This document shows, piece by piece, positions 1 through 8,510 of a stretch of 43,848 bases of DNA; within the stretch, counting starts at the first letter, position 1; each line of letters begins with the position of its first letter. A program made the translations under genes and the position numbers. The notes beneath the pieces are model-generated. The model did no database searches and had not been told where the DNA came from. It worked only from the letters and a program-made list of their open reading frames with translations. Source of the stretch: Winogradskyella sp. (lineage in GTDB: Bacteria > Bacteroidota > Bacteroidia > Flavobacteriales > Flavobacteriaceae). Location of the stretch: positions 1-43,848 of the forward strand of contig JAGQZO010000021.1 of assembly GCA_020435515.1 (NCBI GenBank). Direction: 5' to 3'.

Positions 1-294
1 AGATTTAATGTATGGCAGATTTAACACAATGTTTAGGTTGTCCGAAATACCAATATCTCCATATAAGGATATACTAGTTTTTGTAACATCGTTAAATACT
101 GGCACTCCGTCAACCTCTTCTGGTACAAGAAATACCTTATCATACGATTCGTATGAATAGGTTAACGATAATCCTCCTTCTCCTGCTTTTTGCATAAATC
201 CATTTACTGGACTTTGCGCAAAGCTTGCTCCCATTATCAATAAGCAAAAGCCTCTAATAATGTTCTTTGTAATGTTTTTTGTCATAATACTCAT
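1..294 (-). CDS. Partial exported protein, probably an outer-membrane beta-barrel (runs off the left edge)
   Basis: Not in the ORF track. Open frame from ATG 294 (or 285): MSIMTKNITKNIIRGFCLLIMGASFAQSPVNGFMQKAGEGGLSLTYSYESYDKVF...SISLYGDIGISDNLNIVLNLPYIKS; signal peptide ending SFA-Q and alternating beta-strand pattern. Confidence 0.75.
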   Translation of the reverse strand, partial: MSIMTKNITKNIIRGFCLLIMGASFAQSPVNGFMQKAGEGGLSLTYSYESYDKVFLVPEEVDGVPVFNDVTKTSISLYGDIGISDNLNIVLNLPYIKS

Positions 295-321
295 GGTTTA
301 ATTGTTTACTAACACTCTACC

Positions 322-345
322 TACGAAAGTTTGGACAGGGCGGTT
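322..345 (-). promoter_or_regulatory. Putative ECF-sigma promoter AACC-N16-CGTA for the leftward gene
   Basis: Minus strand AACC (345-342), 16 nt, CGTA (325-322), about 28 nt before ATG 294; matches the generic ECF AAC-N17-CGT pattern. Confidence 0.55.
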
Positions 346-360
346 TTATTTTTTTTTCAA

Positions 361-384
361 AACCTTGAATCTACCATTTACGTA
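361..384 (+). promoter_or_regulatory. Putative ECF-sigma promoter AACC-N16-CGTA for the glycosyltransferase cluster
   Basis: Plus strand AACC 361-364, 16 nt, CGTA 381-384; same spacing as the divergent copy. Confidence 0.5.
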
Positions 385-637
385 ATTATAGTAACACCTT
401 GCAGATTTTAGTACACTAAAGGCTTATTTGAGTTTAATTGAAACGAAGCTCTTGTTTTAATTTTTGTAGGAAATGAAACAACCGTTCATTTTAAAATATT
501 AGGCAAGAATTGAAAGTAGCTAGGACTAAGTCCGACCTAATCATTATTCTTGGTAGAATATCAGTAATGAATAAAGAGAATTTTTTAATCAACCATTTTA
601 TTATTATCCAAACCTGACATTTTAAATTTATAATACC

Positions 638-1105
638 ATGAAAACTATTTACTTAATTACTCTTTTTCTTTTTATCACACATGCAAACGTCCAAAAGGAA
701 TACATTCGTAATTATGACAATGAAGGTCATTTAGTCTCGGAAGGCTGGACGAAAAACGAGAAAAAGACAGATTTTTGGACATTTTATTATCCTGATGGTA
801 CAATAGAAAAAAAAGGCCATTATTATAAAGGAAAGAAAAATGGGTATTGGTATTTTTACACCGAAAACAACAATTTAATTAAAGAAGGAACCTATATAGC
901 CAACGAAGCAAATAATTGGTGGACTTTTTACGAAGACAACAAAACTGTAAAAATTCAATTTAAGAATGGTCTTAAAGACGGTTATGGTTTGATTTACCAA
1001 AATAGGCAACTTAAAAAAGCTGAACGCTATGAGGCTGGCAAAAAAACTGGCGAATGGACTTCTTACATAAAATTTAGGAGAGATAATCCACATTTAAAAT
1101 TTTAA
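638..1105 (+). CDS. Exported MORN-variant repeat protein (YwqK-like)
   Basis: Signal peptide; repeated GxWxFY...GxY..G units (KTDFWTFYYPDG, KNGYWYFYTEN, KTGEWTSY). Confidence 0.75.
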   Translation: MKTIYLITLFLFITHANVQKEYIRNYDNEGHLVSEGWTKNEKKTDFWTFYYPDGTIEKKGHYYKGKKNGYWYFYTENNNLIKEGTYIANEANNWWTFYEDNKTVKIQFKNGLKDGYGLIYQNRQLKKAERYEAGKKTGEWTSYIKFRRDNPHLKF

Positions 1106-1797
1106 TGAATCAAAATATAAAAGTCATTATTCCGGCTTACAACGAAGAAGCTTCTATTGCTTTGGTAATAAATGATATTCCAAATTTAGTTGATGAAATT
1201 ATTGTAGTTAGTAACAATTCTACTGATAAAACAGAAGCTGTTGCCAAACAAGCAGGTGCAACTGTTTTGGTAGAGCCTCAAAAAGGATATGGCTATGCCT
1301 GCTTAAAAGGCATGGAGTACATTGCTCAGCTAGAGGAAAAACCCAAAATTATAGTTTTTTTAGATGGAGACTATAGTGATTACCCTGAAGAACTTACCAA
1401 AATTATTCAACCCATTATTGAAGAAAACATTGATTTTGTAGTTGGTGCACGTGTGGAAGAACTACGCGAAAATGGCTCTATGACTGGCCCGCAAATATTC
1501 GGCAACTGGCTAGCCACAAGACTTATGCGATTATTTTTTGGTTCTACTTTTACGGATTTAGGTCCATTCAGGGCTATTAAATATGATAAGCTTTTAGACC
1601 TTAAAATGCAAGACAAAACCTATGGTTGGACAGTAGAAATGCAACTAAAAGCATTAAAGCAAAGATTGAGTTACAAAGAAGTGCCTGTAAAATATAAAAA
1701 CAGAATAGGTGTCTCAAAAGTTTCAGGAACCATAAAAGGAGCTATCTTTGCAGGCGTAAAAATCCTTACATGGATCTTTAAATATAGTTTTAAGTGA
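1105..1797 (+). CDS. GT2 glycosyltransferase, polyprenol-phosphate sugar synthase (DPM1)-like
   Basis: VIIPAYNEE, NNSTDKT, GYGYA, FLDGDYSD, DLGPFRAI; start overlaps the upstream stop (TAATG). Confidence 0.9.
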   Translation: MNQNIKVIIPAYNEEASIALVINDIPNLVDEIIVVSNNSTDKTEAVAKQAGATVLVEPQKGYGYACLKGMEYIAQLEEKPKIIVFLDGDYSDYPEELTKIIQPIIEENIDFVVGARVEELRENGSMTGPQIFGNWLATRLMRLFFGSTFTDLGPFRAIKYDKLLDLKMQDKTYGWTVEMQLKALKQRLSYKEVPVKYKNRIGVSKVSGTIKGAIFAGVKILTWIFKYSFK

Positions 1798-3287
1798 TTT
1801 ATCTACACTATCTCATTATTATCATTTATACAATTGCTATCGTACTCATTTTTATGTACGCTTTGGCACAACTTAACTTGCTATACAACTATCTTTCTTC
1901 AAAAAAGAGAAGACAAGATTGCGAAACTTTCAACTTAAATAACCCTGATGAAGTTCCTTATGTAACTGTGCAATTACCTGTGTTTAACGAGATGTACGTT
2001 ATGGAACGCTTATTAGATAATATTGCCTTATTAGATTATCCTAAAGATAAGTTAGAGATTCAGGTATTAGATGATTCTACAGACGAAACGGTCGATTCTA
2101 CTAAAGCTCATGTAGAAAAATTAGCTGCTACTGGGTTAGACATAAAGCATATTATCAGAACCAACCGTGTTGGTTTTAAAGCTGGTGCGCTAAAAGAAGG
2201 TTTAAAAATAGCCAAAGGTGAATTTATTGCCATTTTTGATGCCGATTTTTTACCAAAACCTAATTGGCTAAAACGAACTGTACCCTACTTTAAAGATGAG
2301 CAAATCGGTGTTGTACAAACGCGTTGGGGACACATTAATAGAGATTATTCTTTGTTAACCAGAATACAAGCGTTTGCATTAGATGCTCATTTTACTTTAG
2401 AACAAGTTGGAAGGAATAGCAAAGGCCATTTCATAAACTTTAACGGTACTGCTGGTGTTTGGCGTAAAGAATGCATTTTGGATGCTGGTAATTGGGAAGG
2501 AGACACTTTGACTGAAGATTTAGATTTAAGCTATAGAGCGCAACTTAGAAACTGGAAGTTTAAATATCTTGAAGATGTAGAAACACCTGCCGAATTACCA
2601 ATAGTTATTAGCGCTGCCAGATCACAGCAATTTCGTTGGAATAAAGGTGGTGCAGAGAACTTTAGAAAAATGCTTTGGCGCGTTATTAAGTCTGAGAATA
2701 TTTCAGCTAAAACTAAAGTTCATGGTTTGTTGCATTTGCTAAATAGTACTATGTTCTTAAATATTTTTATCGTAGCTGTTTTGAGCATTCCAATGTTATA
2801 TATAAAAAATGAATATGGCCATTTAAGAGACTATTTCTATGTAATGAGTTTCTTTATAATGAGTACCATTATTTTCTTTGTGTGTTATTGGTTTATGTAC
2901 CGAAATATCTACGGAAGCGGTTTCAAAAAATTCTTTGGTTATATAGGCATGTTCTTTACCTTTTTCTCTATAGCTATGGGCTTTTCACTTCACAATTCCA
3001 TAGCGGTTATAGAAGGCCATATTGGTAAAAAGAGTGAGTTTGTAAGAACACCTAAATTTAATATTAAGAAGTTTAAAGACAATTGGAAAAATAACAAATA
3101 CCTTAAAAAGTCATTATCTAAAAATGTTGTTTTAGAAGGTATCCTAATGCTATATTTTGCATTTGGGCTTTATAGTGCATTCATCGTTGGAGATCAAGGC
3201 GGAGATTTTGGACTATTTCCATTTCACTTAATGCTATGTATTGGTTTTGGCTATGTCTTCTTTAAGTCTATTGGTTCTAGAGCTTAG
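1794..3287 (+). CDS. Membrane GT2, cellulose-synthase-like/CslA-C type
   Basis: QLPVFNE, LDDSTD, GFKAGAL, FDADF, TEDLD, QQFRW (D,D,D,QxxRW); N- and C-terminal TM helices; GTG start overlapping the upstream stop. Confidence 0.9.
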   Translation: MIYLHYLIIIIYTIAIVLIFMYALAQLNLLYNYLSSKKRRQDCETFNLNNPDEVPYVTVQLPVFNEMYVMERLLDNIALLDYPKDKLEIQVLDDSTDETVDSTKAHVEKLAATGLDIKHIIRTNRVGFKAGALKEGLKIAKGEFIAIFDADFLPKPNWLKRTVPYFKDEQIGVVQTRWGHINRDYSLLTRIQAFALDAHFTLEQVGRNSKGHFINFNGTAGVWRKECILDAGNWEGDTLTEDLDLSYRAQLRNWKFKYLEDVETPAELPIVISAARSQQFRWNKGGAENFRKMLWRVIKSENISAKTKVHGLLHLLNSTMFLNIFIVAVLSIPMLYIKNEYGHLRDYFYVMSFFIMSTIIFFVCYWFMYRNIYGSGFKKFFGYIGMFFTFFSIAMGFSLHNSIAVIEGHIGKKSEFVRTPKFNIKKFKDNWKNNKYLKKSLSKNVVLEGILMLYFAFGLYSAFIVGDQGGDFGLFPFHLMLCIGFGYVFFKSIGSRA

Positions 3288-3292
3288 GTTAA

Positions 3293-3721
3293 TTATGCTC
3301 TATCCTTGAAAGGTATTATTATATCTTTTTCTACATAATCTTTAAGACCTTTCAAAAGCATTGCCCAGCAAAATGATGAATGTTTAAAATGTGTATTACA
3401 CTCAGGCCAATCCTTATGAAAAAAGTGTAGATAAATACCATTGTACTTTTCCTCTAAATCAAAACCAAAGGTTGTAGGATCCCAATCTTTATCAGATTTT
3501 GTCATTTTAAAATGAATGTGTTCATTTTGCTCAACACTTTTCACTTCAGCATACCAATCGTATTGATCTGTAAAATTAAAATTATACTTCTCTCCTTCCT
3601 TCGGTGTTCCAGAACATTTTAATGGCCACCAATTCACCAAATGCTCAGGCTCTGAAACAGCCCTATAAACACTGTTTTTATCGCTGTTTATCATAAAATT
3701 GAAATAAATAGAATGACTCAT
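3293..3721 (-). CDS. SRPBCC/AHSA1 domain protein
   Basis: VYRAVSEPEHLVNWW, FFHKDW and WAMLLKGLKDYVE C-terminal helix. Confidence 0.85.
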   Translation of the reverse strand: MSHSIYFNFMINSDKNSVYRAVSEPEHLVNWWPLKCSGTPKEGEKYNFNFTDQYDWYAEVKSVEQNEHIHFKMTKSDKDWDPTTFGFDLEEKYNGIYLHFFHKDWPECNTHFKHSSFCWAMLLKGLKDYVEKDIIIPFKDRA

Positions 3722-3795
3722 GCATACGTGTTTTTTAGTTCATTAAAGTTATTATTCTTTTTTTAATTCTATCGTATAGCAGATTTAAATAATTC

Positions 3796-3803
3796 TATCT
3801 TTG
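3796..3803 (+). promoter_or_regulatory. Bacteroidota housekeeping -7 element TATCTTTG
   Basis: Exact TAnnTTTG, 6 nt before ATG 3810. Confidence 0.5.
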
Positions 3804-3809
3804 GTATCT

Positions 3810-5315
3810 ATGCTTGGACTAGCCAATATTTATAAATACAAAAAGACAACGTTAGCCTACATCTTAATAAGTTGTATTCTTTACATCTGGTTTGCTTATT
3901 ACCTTGAACGTACAGAAGCTTTAAAGCTTATTTTTTTATACACAGCATTATTTGTTCTTGGTTATCAAATCTTGAAGACATCTGGTTTCTATACTTCGAC
4001 TTCGCTCAGCACGGGCTTTAGAATATTGGTAATAATATCCATACTTTTTCGATTATTATTCTTATTTGCTATTCCTAATTTATCACAAGATTTCTATCGT
4101 TTTATATGGGATGGCTACATGGTTCTTGAAGGATTTAACCCATATTTGAAAATACCAGACAATGTAGTGCAATGGGGAACGTCAATTCCTTTGGCTAATG
4201 AACTACATAATGGTATGGGAACACTCAATGCGTCTCACTACACAAATTATCCTCCACTGAATCAATTGTGCTTTGTACTTGGAAATCTATTTCCTGGTAA
4301 TAGCATTCTGAGTTCTGTAATTGGTATGCGGCTTATTATCATTTTTGCAGACATTGGCACCCTTTACTTTGGAAAAAAGCTCTTAGAAGCTTTAAAACTC
4401 CCTTCAAATAGGATTTTCTGGTACATTTTAAATCCATTCATCATCATAGAGCTTACAGGTAACCTCCATTTTGAAGGTGTAATGATTTTCTTTTTGGTTT
4501 GGTCCTTGTACTTACTTCATAAGGGTTACTGGAAATGGGCTGCAGTTGTATTTGCCTGCTCGGTTTCGGTAAAATTAATTCCGTTAATGTTTTTGCCTTT
4601 ATTTTTTTGGTGGTTCGCTTCGGCTTCGCTCAGTGACCAAAAGAACAGCCAACAAAAATGGATTAGCTACGCTGAACCTAAAGGTTTGTCTGCCTTTTCA
4701 GGAATGACAAAACTGATTGGCTTTTACTCAATAATTGGAGTCACAACACTTGTGTTTTTTCTTCCTTTTTTTACAATGGAATTTGTAACTAACTATTCTA
4801 AAACTATTGGTTTGTGGTTTGGAGATTTTGAGTTTAATGCCAGTATTTACTACATTTTAAGAGCCTTAGGTTATGCTATTACTGGCTATAATGAAATTGC
4901 TGTAATTGGTAAGATTCTCCCTATCATTTCTGTGCTTGTTATTTTAGGGTTTTCCTTTTTAAGAAAGAATGATTCTTTCCTTAAACTTAGCACATCCATA
5001 CTTTTAGTTTTTACACTCTATTTGTTTCTAAGTACAACTGTACATCCTTGGTATATTGCTACTTTAGTAATGTTTTGCATTTTTACCAACTACAGGTATC
5101 CTCTGGTTTGGAGTTTAGTTATTGTAGTTAGTTACCTTTCCTATCTTGGTATCGGGACAGCTGATAAATCTGAAAACTTATGGATTATTGCTTTTGAATA
5201 TATTATTGTTTTTTCAGTATTTATCTGGGAAGTTTTTTCAAAAAAAAGCTGTCTCAAAACTATTGATTGTCAATCTGAACTTGATTCAGATTCTAAAAGC
5301 GAAAAAAAGTGGTAA
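3810..5315 (+). CDS. GT-C fold polyprenol-phosphate-sugar-dependent glycosyltransferase (GT87-like mannosyltransferase)
   Basis: LSQDFYRFIWDG, NPY, TNYPPL, LNP, GNLHFE, FEFNAS, VHPWY; many TM helices. ATG 3810 preferred over TTG 3801, which lies in the -7 element. Confidence 0.8.
   Translation: MLGLANIYKYKKTTLAYILISCILYIWFAYYLERTEALKLIFLYTALFVLGYQILKTSGFYTSTSLSTGFRILVIISILFRLLFLFAIPNLSQDFYRFIWDGYMVLEGFNPYLKIPDNVVQWGTSIPLANELHNGMGTLNASHYTNYPPLNQLCFVLGNLFPGNSILSSVIGMRLIIIFADIGTLYFGKKLLEALKLPSNRIFWYILNPFIIIELTGNLHFEGVMIFFLVWSLYLLHKGYWKWAAVVFACSVSVKLIPLMFLPLFFWWFASASLSDQKNSQQKWISYAEPKGLSAFSGMTKLIGFYSIIGVTTLVFFLPFFTMEFVTNYSKTIGLWFGDFEFNASIYYILRALGYAITGYNEIAVIGKILPIISVLVILGFSFLRKNDSFLKLSTSILLVFTLYLFLSTTVHPWYIATLVMFCIFTNYRYPLVWSLVIVVSYLSYLGIGTADKSENLWIIAFEYIIVFSVFIWEVFSKKSCLKTIDCQSELDSDSKSEKKW
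3994..4009 (+). repeat. REP-like 16-mer CTTCGACTTCGCTCAG, copy 1 (in CDS)
   Basis: Matches the copies at 4618 and 19310 with one mismatch each. Confidence 0.75.
4618..4633 (+). repeat. REP-like 16-mer CTTCGGCTTCGCTCAG, copy 2 (in CDS)
   Basis: 15/16 identical to copy 1. Confidence 0.75.
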
Positions 5316-5382
5316 TTGAGATTCTAAACTGCACTCAGTATGAGAATTCAAAATGACATTTTTTAGAGTTTTGAAACAGCTT
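5246..5382. repeat. Nested inverted-repeat element between convergent genes
   Basis: Outer arms AAGCTGTCTCAAAACT (5246-5261) / AGTTTTGAAACAGCTT (5367-5382), 15/16; inner TGTCAATCTGAACTT (5268) / GAATTCAAAATGACA (5344-5358); hairpin AATCTGAA-N5-TTCAGATT 5272-5292. Confidence 0.7.
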
Positions 5383-5390
5383 GATATCTA

Positions 5391-5759
5391 CTAAATAATC
5401 TTAATCTTTATGATGATATACTTTTCATAGGTTTCTTTATAACCATATTCATCTTCTTCCTCAAAAGTTTCAATCATATAGGTTATTTGAAAACGTTCAC
5501 CAATAATCTCGTCAGATTTAAGGTTTACAGCACTTAATACTTCATCTGTTACTTCATAAAAGTACATGATGTCTTCGTCTTCTCCATCATCTTCACCTTT
5601 TACCAAAAAAGCATAACCATCTTCTTCATCATAACCATCAAAAGTAGCATCAATAGTTACTGTTTCTTGCGCCTCTGATACCTTTTTGTTGTCAATAATT
5701 GCGTTTACATTAAACGCTAAAATTGAAAATACAAATACTAAAAAATGTTTGTTTTTCAT
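5391..5759 (-). CDS. Small acidic exported hypothetical protein
   Basis: Signal peptide MKNKHFLVFVFSILAFNVNA; D/E-rich beta-type domain. Confidence 0.7.
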   Translation of the reverse strand: MKNKHFLVFVFSILAFNVNAIIDNKKVSEAQETVTIDATFDGYDEEDGYAFLVKGEDDGEDEDIMYFYEVTDEVLSAVNLKSDEIIGERFQITYMIETFEEEDEYGYKETYEKYIIIKIKII

Positions 5760-5927
5760 TTTATTAAATTTTATGTTTTTGACACTCTCATCCTTTTATA
5801 AATGAGAATATCCATTATTTATCTTGTTTTGGATTGGGAGTTTACCACCTCAAGCCCAAAAGCTTTTAGAACATTATCTTAGATAATGATAACTGTGGTT
5901 TTTTTATGAAGAATTTACTGTCTTGGC

Positions 5928-6704
5928 CTAAAGCATTTTTAGTATAAACATATCAACAACTTCTACTAAGATTAGAATGATAATGATCCACTCTAACCTA
6001 CTGCTTTCTCTATGGTCCATAATATCTTTAAAGAGTTCTAGGTTTTCTTTAATGATCTCTATTCTATCATGGATTAGGTGATATCGATCTTTTAGGTCGA
6101 AGGTCTGTTTTAAGTCTGTGTTTAATTTGTTTAACTGCTCATCATCCCAGGTTATTTCTGGTGAATCAAAAATATATAGATTTTCTGAAATTTTATTTTT
6201 AATGTTTAGAATCTTGCCTATAAATCGTTTTAATTTATTGTTAGAAATATTGAGTTTTCCTTTAGACTCGAGGTATTTAGTATGCTCATTCGTCTCTATT
6301 AACAAGGTCTCTGTAATTTCAGAATATAGGTTTAATGCCACAGATTGAGATGCATTAAGCATTACCAGCCTAATCATTTCGCTATTGATACCTGGCAATA
6401 CAATGCTTTCAAAATTTACCTGTATCGTATTGGCCTTTATTTCAACATTAACCTCTTCGGAAATCATATGTTCAAAATAAGTATCACATAAAGGCTTAAT
6501 AGCTTGCAAAGCGTTGTCTATTTCTAATTTGGTAAGGTTAAAAAAGCTTACCATACCGTATTGAAACAGATAAATGTATTTATCTTTTGAATGCAGATAG
6601 AACACCTCATCAGTGCCTTGAAACAACATTTGCCAATGCAATTGCTGCTTGCTAGCTTTTATATTGATGTTATTTGCTACTTGATAAGCAACTACAGGTA
6701 ACAT
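5928..6704 (-). CDS. RMD1 family (DUF155) protein
   Basis: LFQYGMVSFFN, SQSVAL, DSPEITW, SSRLEWIIIILILVEV C-terminal TM. Confidence 0.85.
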   Translation of the reverse strand: MLPVVAYQVANNINIKASKQQLHWQMLFQGTDEVFYLHSKDKYIYLFQYGMVSFFNLTKLEIDNALQAIKPLCDTYFEHMISEEVNVEIKANTIQVNFESIVLPGINSEMIRLVMLNASQSVALNLYSEITETLLIETNEHTKYLESKGKLNISNNKLKRFIGKILNIKNKISENLYIFDSPEITWDDEQLNKLNTDLKQTFDLKDRYHLIHDRIEIIKENLELFKDIMDHRESSRLEWIIIILILVEVVDMFILKML

Positions 6705-7117
6705 TATGATGCAAACATGTCTTTTGGATCTTTAAAGCTTTTAAACTCTAACATGTAATCGTTAGGATCTTTAATAAAAAAGGAAAGGTGCTCGCCAGCT
6801 TTATCTTGTAAAAAAGTTGTTTTGGCAACTACTTCCAAATCTTGTTTTGAAAGATTGTTATAGATAGTTTCCCAGTCTGTACTATTTACAATAACACCAA
6901 AATGGAAAGATGGCAAAATCTTGCCCTCAAACACATAATTGGGATTGTTAAAATTAAATTTTTCGGCTTTTATAAATGTAATTTGGTGACCAAACAAATT
7001 TATATCTACCCAATTTGCCGAGGTTCTTCCTAAAGAAGCTCTTATATTATTTATGTAAAAGTTTTTGGTTTCCTTTACACTCAAGCAGGGTAGTGACATG
7101 TGGAACGACGTTTCCAT
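6704..7117 (-). CDS. VOC/glyoxalase family protein
   Basis: FHMSLP, WVDINLFGHQI, HFGVI, FFIKDPNDYMLEFKSF. Confidence 0.85.
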   Translation of the reverse strand: METSFHMSLPCLSVKETKNFYINNIRASLGRTSANWVDINLFGHQITFIKAEKFNFNNPNYVFEGKILPSFHFGVIVNSTDWETIYNNLSKQDLEVVAKTTFLQDKAGEHLSFFIKDPNDYMLEFKSFKDPKDMFAS

Positions 7118-7191
7118 AATTTAAGCACTTAGAGTTTATAACTTTTTAGTATAAAGAAAGTTACAAAATTATATGACACCAATTACGAAAA

Positions 7192-7518
7192 TTAATCAAA
7201 ATCATCTTCATCAGAATCATCAGCAATTTCTGGGTCTTGTACTGCTTCTGGATCGTCATTGTCATAATCCTCATAATCATCCTCATCATAATTCTCCATA
7301 GTTACTGCCAATTTAGTACTTACTTTAACCAAATATTTGGTATCCTCTGTTGTTACCTCAACAGCATCTATAATTTCGTTTTTGGCATTTCGGAATGTGA
7401 TGATATGATCTTCGTCATAACCATCAGGATATTTTTCTACCAGCAGGGCAAGGATTTCGGGTGTTAACTTCTTAAAGTCAACTATAACGCGTTTTAAGTG
7501 TTGGTCTTTTTTGTTCAT
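7192..7518 (-). CDS. Hypothetical protein with long acidic C-terminal tail
   Basis: KRVIVDFKKLTPEILALLVEKYPDGY core followed by a D/E-rich tail; 14 bp downstream of the DHS-like gene. Confidence 0.8.
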   Translation of the reverse strand: MNKKDQHLKRVIVDFKKLTPEILALLVEKYPDGYDEDHIITFRNAKNEIIDAVEVTTEDTKYLVKVSTKLAVTMENYDEDDYEDYDNDDPEAVQDPEIADDSDEDDFD

Positions 7519-7532
7519 CGTATTAGGTTAGA

Positions 7533-8510
7533 TTACATGTCTAAAAGGTATGCAAAAATAAGTGGAGCTACAATAGTTGCATCACTTTCTATAATAAATT
7601 TTGGTGTATCAATATCTAGTTTTCCCCACGTAATTTTTTCGTTAGGTACAGCACCAGAATAGGATCCATAGCTCGTTGTACTGTCGCTTATTTGACAGAA
7701 ATAGCTCCAAAATGGTGTGTCTGTACGTTCCATATCTTGATACAGCATTGGTACTACACATATAGGAAAATCACCAGCAATACCACCTCCAATCTGAAAG
7801 AAACCAATACCTTTTTCTGAATTATCCGTATACCAATCTGCTAAAAAGGTCATATATTCTATACCAGACTTCATCGTACTTGCTTTAAGCTCACCTTTTA
7901 GCACATAACTCGCAAAAATGTTACCCATAGTACTGTCTTCCCATCCTGGACAGACAATAGGTAAATTCTTTTCTGCTGCAGCATACATCCAAGAGTTCTT
8001 CAAGTCTATTTCGTAATATTCTTCTAAAGCACCAGACAACAATAATTTGTACATGTATTCGTGTGGCAAATAACGTTCGCCTTTAGCTTCAGCCTCTTTC
8101 CAAATCTTTACAATATGCTTTTGTATACGTCTAAATGCCTCTTCCTCTGGAATACAAGTGTCCGTCACTCGGTTTAATCCTTTTTCTAATAAATCCCACT
8201 CATCTTGTGGAGTTAAATCTCTGTAGTTTGGTACGCGCTTGTAATGACTATGTGCTACTAAATTCATGATATCCTCTTCTAAGTTTGCACCTGTACAAGA
8301 GATGATATGCACTTTATCTTGACGAATCATTTCTGCAAAAATCTTACCTAGTTCTGCAGTACTCATGGCACCAGCCAAAGACACCAACATCTTTGCGCCG
8401 TTGTTAAGCTGATCTTCGTACCCTTTTGCAGCATCAACCAATGCGGCTGCATTAAAATGCAGATAATACTTTTGTATAAATTGCGATATGTGTCCTTTTT
8501 TAGAAGTCAT
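7533..8510 (-). CDS. Deoxyhypusine synthase-like protein (probable homospermidine synthase)
   Basis: LAGAMSTA, CTGANLEED, RVTDT, DSTMG, IGGG, GSYSGAVPNEKITWGK, ESDATIVAPL. Start moved to ATG 8510 (MTSKKGHIS), overlapping the speB stop by 11 bp. Confidence 0.9.
   Translation of the reverse strand: MTSKKGHISQFIQKYYLHFNAAALVDAAKGYEDQLNNGAKMLVSLAGAMSTAELGKIFAEMIRQDKVHIISCTGANLEEDIMNLVAHSHYKRVPNYRDLTPQDEWDLLEKGLNRVTDTCIPEEEAFRRIQKHIVKIWKEAEAKGERYLPHEYMYKLLLSGALEEYYEIDLKNSWMYAAAEKNLPIVCPGWEDSTMGNIFASYVLKGELKASTMKSGIEYMTFLADWYTDNSEKGIGFFQIGGGIAGDFPICVVPMLYQDMERTDTPFWSYFCQISDSTTSYGSYSGAVPNEKITWGKLDIDTPKFIIESDATIVAPLIFAYLLDM

Noticed and set aside
473-502. Short ORF MKQPFILKY in the leader of the glycosyltransferase cluster
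   Set aside because: Nine codons is expected by chance; no supporting signal
638-1105. Toxin-antitoxin call for the YwqK-like protein
   Set aside because: Signal peptide, no adjacent toxin, and coupling to glycosyltransferases
7192-7300. TCA/TCG-rich quasi-repeat
   Set aside because: Simply the Asp/Glu codons of the acidic tail; not a CRISPR or tandem array
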